Both the position numbers and the translations under genes were made by a program. Below the pieces are notes generated by a model. That model was given only the letters and a program-made list of their open reading frames with translations, did not search any database and was not told where the DNA came from. Shown in pieces: positions 37,133 to 42,800 of a stretch of DNA of 42,800 nucleotides. This DNA comes from Acidimicrobiales bacterium. Lineage in GTDB: Bacteria > Actinomycetota > Acidimicrobiia > Acidimicrobiales > MedAcidi-G1. The stretch's first letter is position 1; the number at the start of each line of letters is the position of its first letter. The stretch covers positions 1-42,800 of the forward strand of contig DASCMW010000064.1 in the NCBI GenBank assembly GCA_036011165.1. Direction: 5' to 3'.

Positions 37133-38494
37133 TCAACCAACAATTACAGTTGCAGTCATGTCAGGATGAAGAGCACAGAAAAAAGTAAATGATCCTGCTT
37201 GACTCGTATCGAGTTCGTAGTTATCTCCTGGATTGAGCAGCCCAGAATCAAAAGTGTTCAGATTTGGGGCATCAGGGGTACCGGCACTAACTGTATGTGG
37301 GACGGAGTCACTGTTGTTGAAGAAAACACTCTGTCCAACATCAACTTCAATAACTGGATCAAAGGCAAAATTTGAAATTAAAGATTGTTGAGCTCCTTCC
37401 GGGAAATCCGAACCTCGGACAAGACGGTCACCTGCTATTTGAGAGCTAGTGCTAACTGGAGCGATAGAAGAATTCCACATAGAGAAAACCCCGAGTTGGC
37501 TGTCAAAGTCAGGAACAACCCAAGCATGAAGCATCCATCCAATAGCATCGTTCCAATTCCCACCTGAAGCTTCACATTCCTGTTTAGTGACAAACGAGTC
37601 AGACCCAGTACTTCTTCCCCGACAAAGATTAAAATGAGCATGCCAGTTATCAAGATCACTAACGAAAGCTTCCGGATGGTCAGAGCCAAAAGCATTCGGA
37701 GGAAGAATAAAAGCCGTACCCGTAAGTACTACTGATGGTCCCTCCCATACACCATTTCTGCATCTACCCAACGATCCTTGATGAAGAGAGCCATCTGCTG
37801 GGGCATAAATAAGAATCTCAGGTTTAGCCGGATCAAATATTCCATCGGCTACAAATTCGGGTTTATAAAAATGTGATCCCATATTTGGGGTTTGGATTTG
37901 ATCTGAAATAAACCCGTCACTGCAGGCAGTATCCACATCTGTGTAGGACAAAGCAAACGTAGACAAAGTATCAAGTTGATCTACAAGAACGTTTAAGTCG
38001 CCTTGGGACATATTCAACTCGGAAGGAGGATTGTCTCCACTATTTTTAAGATCAACTAAATCAAGATAAGAGCAAGGAAGAGATGGCTGGTCGCAACGAG
38101 TTTGTGCCCCAATCGGTCCCTCTACAAGAGTTGGGACAACTCCATTAGATGTTTCACGAAACACGTAGCGGGTGTACCCGGGTGCACCGCCTGCTTTCGG
38201 GGTTAAATCTGTTGGAAGAAGCCAAGCAGCATCAGACTGGCTAAAGGAAGCAGCTTGAGCAATGTAGTTCTCAAGTTGTAAAGCGTCTTCCACAGCACTT
38301 GGATCAATAGTGGTTGTTGGCGCTTCTGTTGTTGCAGGGGTTTTGGTGGTTGTTGGCGCTTCTGTTGTTGCAGGGGTTTTGGTGGTTGTTGGTGATGAAA
38401 GACTTTCAGCCCCTTCACTTGTTGACGCGCTGCAAGCTGCGGCAATAGAACAAGAAATTAGAATACAAACCAATAAGGGCCGTTTTAGAAACAT
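37133..38494 (-). CDS. exported/lipoprotein with His/Met-motif domain of unknown function and C-terminal cupredoxin
   Basis: Lipobox AAA-C; MGSHF, FDPAKPEILIY, WHAH, WMLHAWV; type-1 Cu ligands PHTV and CALHPDM. Confidence 0.8.
   Translation of the reverse strand: MFLKRPLLVCILISCSIAAACSASTSEGAESLSSPTTTKTPATTEAPTTTKTPATTEAPTTTIDPSAVEDALQLENYIAQAASFSQSDAAWLLPTDLTPKAGGAPGYTRYVFRETSNGVVPTLVEGPIGAQTRCDQPSLPCSYLDLVDLKNSGDNPPSELNMSQGDLNVLVDQLDTLSTFALSYTDVDTACSDGFISDQIQTPNMGSHFYKPEFVADGIFDPAKPEILIYAPADGSLHQGSLGRCRNGVWEGPSVVLTGTAFILPPNAFGSDHPEAFVSDLDNWHAHFNLCRGRSTGSDSFVTKQECEASGGNWNDAIGWMLHAWVVPDFDSQLGVFSMWNSSIAPVSTSSQIAGDRLVRGSDFPEGAQQSLISNFAFDPVIEVDVGQSVFFNNSDSVPHTVSAGTPDAPNLNTFDSGLLNPGDNYELDTSQAGSFTFFCALHPDMTATVIVG
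38310..38392. repeat. in-frame 36-bp tandem repeat, 2.3 copies, encoding (KTPATTEAPTTT)n
   Basis: GTGGTTGTTGGCGCTTCTGTTGTTGCAGGGGTTTTG repeated perfectly. Confidence 0.92.
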
Positions 38495-38561
38495 AACTGC
38501 AGTTTAGAGGAAAATCTAAACAGTCGGAATATTGAAGAAATTTAGGTTTAGTCTTATAAAT

Positions 38562-39377
38562 ATGCGAAAAAAACTTCTTATCGGTATTCCGCTTCTCGTT
38601 GTTCTTGTGGTCGTTGCTATTTGGTTCTTCTTATTTCGAGATGATGCACCGCCTCCTCCTGATGCACAAGCCGCAGCTGCAATTGCCGAAGCTGCACAGA
38701 CCACTACAACTATTCCTTCAACTACAATTATTCCTTCAACTACAACTACCCCATCGACTACAAACGAAAATTCAACAACCACAACTCAAGTTGTAACCAC
38801 AACTACTGAAGCAGATATAAGTGTTGAAGGATCTTGGATGGTGAATACCACAATTGGGTCTTTTGAGGACTTCTCTAGCACCTACGTTGGATTTCGCATA
38901 GAGGAAGAATTAGCTCAAGGGATAGGAAAAACTACGGCAGTCGGTAGAACTCCAATTGTAAGTGGAACTTTAGAATTCTCTGAAACGGCTCTTTTAAGTG
39001 CTGAAATAACAGCAGACCTTTCTCAAATCACTACAGATCGTAATTGGCGAGATGACAATGTTTATGAAGCATTAGATGTTCAGAATCATCCAAATGCCGT
39101 ATTTTCTTTGGTTGGCCCATTAACACTTGATGATCCAGAAGCAGAAAGAATAGAACACCCAATTTCAGCAGTAGGAGAGTTGACAATCAAAGGTGTAACT
39201 CAAGAAGTTTCCGTAGATCTTGTTGCTCAGAGAATTGGACAAATTATTACTGTTACTGGACAGTTTCCAATGGTTTTCAGTGATTTTGGAGTAGAAGTAC
39301 CAACTGCCCCCATAGTTGTATCTGTTGCAGACAATGGCCTTATCGAAATTCAACTGTTTCTCACCCCAACAGCGTAA
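38562..39377 (+). CDS. membrane-anchored YceI-family lipid/polyisoprenoid-binding protein
   Basis: TM anchor, Thr linker, VGFRI.E, TAVGRT, DLS.ITTD...RD, GELTIKGVT, FSDFG; ATG 38562 with TAGTCT box upstream. Confidence 0.88.
   Translation: MRKKLLIGIPLLVVLVVVAIWFFLFRDDAPPPPDAQAAAAIAEAAQTTTTIPSTTIIPSTTTTPSTTNENSTTTTQVVTTTTEADISVEGSWMVNTTIGSFEDFSSTYVGFRIEEELAQGIGKTTAVGRTPIVSGTLEFSETALLSAEITADLSQITTDRNWRDDNVYEALDVQNHPNAVFSLVGPLTLDDPEAERIEHPISAVGELTIKGVTQEVSVDLVAQRIGQIITVTGQFPMVFSDFGVEVPTAPIVVSVADNGLIEIQLFLTPTA
38703..38756. repeat. imperfect 18-bp in-frame repeat x3 encoding (TTTIPS)n
   Basis: ACTACAA(C/T)TATTCCTTCA twice, plus a degenerate third copy. Confidence 0.75.
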
Positions 39378-39388
39378 GTTGAAATATT

Positions 39389-40054
39389 ATGGCTACGGAA
39401 TACCAAGAGCGAGCTACACGAGTTAGCGAAGCATGGACAGCGTTGCCGTTCTATGCACTGATTCGTACAGCAATTTTGGGAATCATGTGGCCTTATTTTC
39501 GAGTTAAGACCACAGGACGTAAAAATATTCCCAAAGACGGACCTACTATTCTTGCTCCAGTGCACCGCTCAAATCTGGATGGACTCTTGATGGCGCCTCT
39601 AATGCGCCGTCGTATGCGCTCTTTGGCTAAAGAGAGTTTGTTTAAATCTCGCCCCTTGGCATGGGCTTTAGCATCTTTAGGAGGGTTTCCGGTTCGACGT
39701 GGAGCGGCTGATCGAGAATCAATACGTATAGCTAGGAATCTTTTATCAGAAGGAAATATTGTTCTTGTTTTCCCTGAAGGCACTCGACATGAAGGATCTC
39801 AAATCGCAGAGTTATTTGATGGAACCGCCTATTTAGCGGCTAAAACTGGGTCAACTGTCGTTCCAGTAGGCATACGTGGAACAGAAGAGGCGCTACCTTC
39901 AGGGGCTAAGTTTCCTCGACCTAAAAAAGTTCAAGTGGTTGTAGGTGAAGCGATCCGTCCACCTGAATCAAAAGCAAAAAGAAGTGAACTTGCCGCGTGG
40001 ACTAACCAATTATCAATTGCACTTCAGAAAGCGCAAAATCAGGCTCTTGGATAA
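39389..40054 (+). CDS. plsC: 1-acyl-sn-glycerol-3-phosphate acyltransferase family
   Basis: HRSNLD (HX4D), AKESLF, FPVRRG, FPEGTR. Confidence 0.85.
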   Translation: MATEYQERATRVSEAWTALPFYALIRTAILGIMWPYFRVKTTGRKNIPKDGPTILAPVHRSNLDGLLMAPLMRRRMRSLAKESLFKSRPLAWALASLGGFPVRRGAADRESIRIARNLLSEGNIVLVFPEGTRHEGSQIAELFDGTAYLAAKTGSTVVPVGIRGTEEALPSGAKFPRPKKVQVVVGEAIRPPESKAKRSELAAWTNQLSIALQKAQNQALG

Positions 40055-40755
40055 GAGAAGAACTCCCTTATCCAAGCAGCAATAATAAGACGATCTGATG
40101 GGGATTCAAGAGAATTATTAGCGGTCTCCAAAGAAGAATCATCAAAGAGGTGGCTCCACTCACAATAGAGATCTCGAGTGAATTCATTTGAAAATTCAGG
40201 ATGAGGTTGCATAGAAAAAATGTGGTCACCTTTAGTGAACATTGCTATTTCACAACTTTCGTTACCTCCTACTAACTTTCCCCCTTCTGGTAGTTTCGTC
40301 ACTTCGTCTTCATGACAAAAAGAGATGATGGGAGAACTCAATTGTGGAATCATCCATGGTTTCACACAATGAATATTTATTGGTTGCGCTCCTAACCCCC
40401 AAACATCTCGTCGTTTTACTTCTCCACCTAAAGTATGAGCTAATGCTTGATGCCCGAAACAAATTCCTACTGTCGGAACTTTGTTGATGTCCAACTCACG
40501 CAGAAAATCAAAAAGATCAAACATCCACGGCTCTAAAGCTGTAATTGAAGAACGAGAACCTCCAACTAACCAGCCTTGTTGTTCAAAAGGGTCTTTAGGT
40601 AGTTGACCTTTCATCACGTCATATACAGAAATTCTCACGGCCTCTTCGTCAGCGGTAAGAAGGTTAGAAAATTTTTTTTGGTACCCACCATAGTTTTTGT
40701 ACAAAGACCCATCAATTTCGTCATTCAACAAAAGACCAAAAGTTTTAGAACTCAT
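40039..40755 (-). CDS. class I glutamine amidotransferase-like protein
   Basis: GICFGHQ nucleophile, QPHPEF. Confidence 0.88.
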   Translation of the reverse strand: MSSKTFGLLLNDEIDGSLYKNYGGYQKKFSNLLTADEEAVRISVYDVMKGQLPKDPFEQQGWLVGGSRSSITALEPWMFDLFDFLRELDINKVPTVGICFGHQALAHTLGGEVKRRDVWGLGAQPINIHCVKPWMIPQLSSPIISFCHEDEVTKLPEGGKLVGGNESCEIAMFTKGDHIFSMQPHPEFSNEFTRDLYCEWSHLFDDSSLETANNSLESPSDRLIIAAWIREFFSYPRA

Positions 40756-40830
40756 AAGAATAATTTTAGAAGTTATATAACCTTTGCGGCGGGTTCGGGC
40801 ATTGGCTATAAGTCATGAGAGGCTGAGACG

Positions 40831-41697
40831 ATGCAGCAAAAAGTAATTATTGGTAGAGGAGCTGCATTACTTTCTGTTTTCTTACTTGCGTCTGGCCCAA
40901 GCATCGTAAAGATTTCAGACCTACCTGAAATGACTTTTATTTTCTGGAGATTATTAGCGGCAGCTTTCGGTTACTGGGTAGCGATGCGACTAACTGGTGG
41001 AAAGCTCGGAAAAAGTGAGCTTCGAAGCTCGTTAAAAGGTGGAATAGTTTTCGGAGTCAATTTAGTTTTTTTCGTTATGGCTATGCGAAGAACAAGCGCT
41101 GCAAACGCCGTAATGATCGGAGCGCTTCAGCCTGTTGTACTTCTTGGTGTAGCAGGCCCCCTTTTTGGGGAGAAACCGCTCAAAACAGTTTATTTCTGGT
41201 CGCTGATAGCAATGGGTGGGGTAGCTTTCTTTACTTATACTTCAGACACGACTGGTGTAGCTACACGCCAAGGAGACCTATTAGCCCTTATAGGCATGCT
41301 TTTATTTAGCGCGTATTACGTTATTTCTAAGCAAACTCGTGCAGAGCTTGATTCAATGGTCTACCAATTAGGACTCACTCTTGCGGCTGCTGTAACTATT
41401 GTCCCGTTTGCTTTTGCTTTCGGACATGGCATAAGCCCACCAGCAGGAAATGAGTGGTGGCCAGTAGTTCTCATGGCATTACTTCCTGGTGCAGGACATT
41501 GGCTTGCAAACTATGCACATGCGTATGTCCCACTTGTAACGATGGGTCTCGTTAATCTTTTATTTACGGTAATCGCTCCGATTTATGCTTGGATTTTGGT
41601 TGAAGAAAAACTTGGAGGGTTACAAGTACTTGGAATAGCAGTTGTTATGATTGCTCTTTCTCAGGTCGTCACTAAACCTATTGAATCATCTAAATAA
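40831..41697 (+). CDS. DMT/EamA-family transporter
   Basis: About 10 TM helices, ALQP...LFGEK, GDLLAL. Confidence 0.85.
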   Translation: MQQKVIIGRGAALLSVFLLASGPSIVKISDLPEMTFIFWRLLAAAFGYWVAMRLTGGKLGKSELRSSLKGGIVFGVNLVFFVMAMRRTSAANAVMIGALQPVVLLGVAGPLFGEKPLKTVYFWSLIAMGGVAFFTYTSDTTGVATRQGDLLALIGMLLFSAYYVISKQTRAELDSMVYQLGLTLAAAVTIVPFAFAFGHGISPPAGNEWWPVVLMALLPGAGHWLANYAHAYVPLVTMGLVNLLFTVIAPIYAWILVEEKLGGLQVLGIAVVMIALSQVVTKPIESSK

Positions 41698-41761
41698 TGT
41701 TTCTTAGCAACCTAAATCAAGCAGAGATAGTCCTACACATCCAAGCAGAGAGACTTTACTC

Positions 41762-42646
41762 ATGAAACGCGGAATTGCTTTTGGATTGGGGGCTTATATC
41801 TGGTGGGGATTTACGCCAGTTTATTGGAAGCAACTTAATCATATTCCCTCTTTAGATGTCACTTGTTTCCGCATGGTATGGACGTTTATTCTTCTCTCTG
41901 GAGTTCATTTAGCTAGACATTCATTGCATGAGATAAAGGATCTTTTAAGAGACCGCAGGCAAAGATTTTTACAAATAACCGCAGCAGGTCTTTTATCTAC
42001 AAACTGGCTTGTATTTGTTTGGGCTATCGGGGACGGTCAAGTCGTAGAAGCAAGTCTCGGTTATTTCATGAACCCATTAGTTAACGTTTTGCTTGGCTAC
42101 TTGTTTCTCGGAGAGAAATTTCGTTCATTCCAGAAAATGTCAATCGGGTTCGCAGTAGCTGGCGTTGTCGTCTTAACTGTCGCGGTTGGTTCAATCCCTG
42201 TTGTCGCCTTGTATCTCGCCACAAGTTTTGGTTTTTATGGACTAGTGAAATCAAAAGTTAATCGTCCTGCGCTTAATACTTTGACTGTCGAAGTTATGTT
42301 CATGTCCATCCCAGCTCTCATCTACCTAGTTCTTAGAGGAATTGACGGTTATGGAGCTATGGGACTGTCGGTACCTGCAGATAGTATCTGGCTAATTTCA
42401 ACAGGCATTGCAACATCTGTACCGCTTCTGTTTTTTGCTGTTGCGGTACAAAAAGTTCCTCTTGGAGTGCTGGGGATGATGCAATATGTGGCACCTACGA
42501 CACAACTCATTCTTGGAGTGGTCGTTTATGGTGAGGTAATAGCCCAAGGTGAATTAGTGGGTTACTCCATTATCTGGGCTGCGGTAGCACTATTTGCGGT
42601 TGATGGGTTGCTCGCTTTACGTAACAACAGTGAGAAGAATTTTTAA
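41762..42646 (+). CDS. rarD: RarD-family EamA transporter
   Basis: AYIWWGFTPVYWK, EASLGYFMNPLVNV, SFGFYGLVK, QYVAPT. Confidence 0.9.
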   Translation: MKRGIAFGLGAYIWWGFTPVYWKQLNHIPSLDVTCFRMVWTFILLSGVHLARHSLHEIKDLLRDRRQRFLQITAAGLLSTNWLVFVWAIGDGQVVEASLGYFMNPLVNVLLGYLFLGEKFRSFQKMSIGFAVAGVVVLTVAVGSIPVVALYLATSFGFYGLVKSKVNRPALNTLTVEVMFMSIPALIYLVLRGIDGYGAMGLSVPADSIWLISTGIATSVPLLFFAVAVQKVPLGVLGMMQYVAPTTQLILGVVVYGEVIAQGELVGYSIIWAAVALFAVDGLLALRNNSEKNF

Positions 42647-42800
42647 GCGTCGACAAGTGAGAGCACTTCATTTGCAAAAGCGGGCGCTTCTAATTCAAGT
42701 TTGTGCCGGTTGAGGGAACGAGCAGCAATGACGGTAGCTCCATGTTCTTCAAGTAAAGAAGACATCTTTTCCGCAGCGTTTCCTGGGTTTATAGCATGAG
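42643..42800 (-). CDS. 3' end of an unidentified gene (possibly flavodoxin-like), partial
   Basis: Open frame ...HAINPGNAAEKMSSLLEEHGATVIAARSLNRHKLELEAPAFANEVLSLVDA-stop (TAA at 42643-42645). Confidence 0.5.
   Translation of the reverse strand, partial: HAINPGNAAEKMSSLLEEHGATVIAARSLNRHKLELEAPAFANEVLSLVDA

Overview
Gene-dense, roughly 43% GC bacterial chromosomal window with about 41 CDS, one tRNA-Arg(CCT) and one TPP riboswitch. The gene content (MshC-like ligase, F420-type LLM oxidoreductase, DUF3499-like, TIGR03085/MDMPI-like protein, actinobacterial-type CCA-enzyme HD region, many Thr-linker lipoproteins) points to a low-GC actinobacterium, probably a marine Acidimicrobiia; this is inferred, not searched. 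Most of it is housekeeping and lipid/aromatic catabolism: tandem cysS and mshC-like genes, a rearranged paaA-D-B-C epoxidase cluster, thiBPQ, and an ester/acyl-CoA cluster. I see no integrase, transposase, prophage or CRISPR. The most unusual items are: (1) a two-gene lipoprotein unit made of a His/Met-motif unknown domain fused to a cupredoxin, and a GDPD carrying an in-frame, higher-GC (about 56% by hand count) foreign-looking domain between two Thr-rich linkers; (2) a 'headless' CCA-enzyme HD protein; (3) a divergent PaaA cluster with no reductase; (4) tandem-repeat-encoded Thr linkers in several exported proteins; (5) pervasive leaderless promoter architecture. All family calls come from motif recognition by eye.
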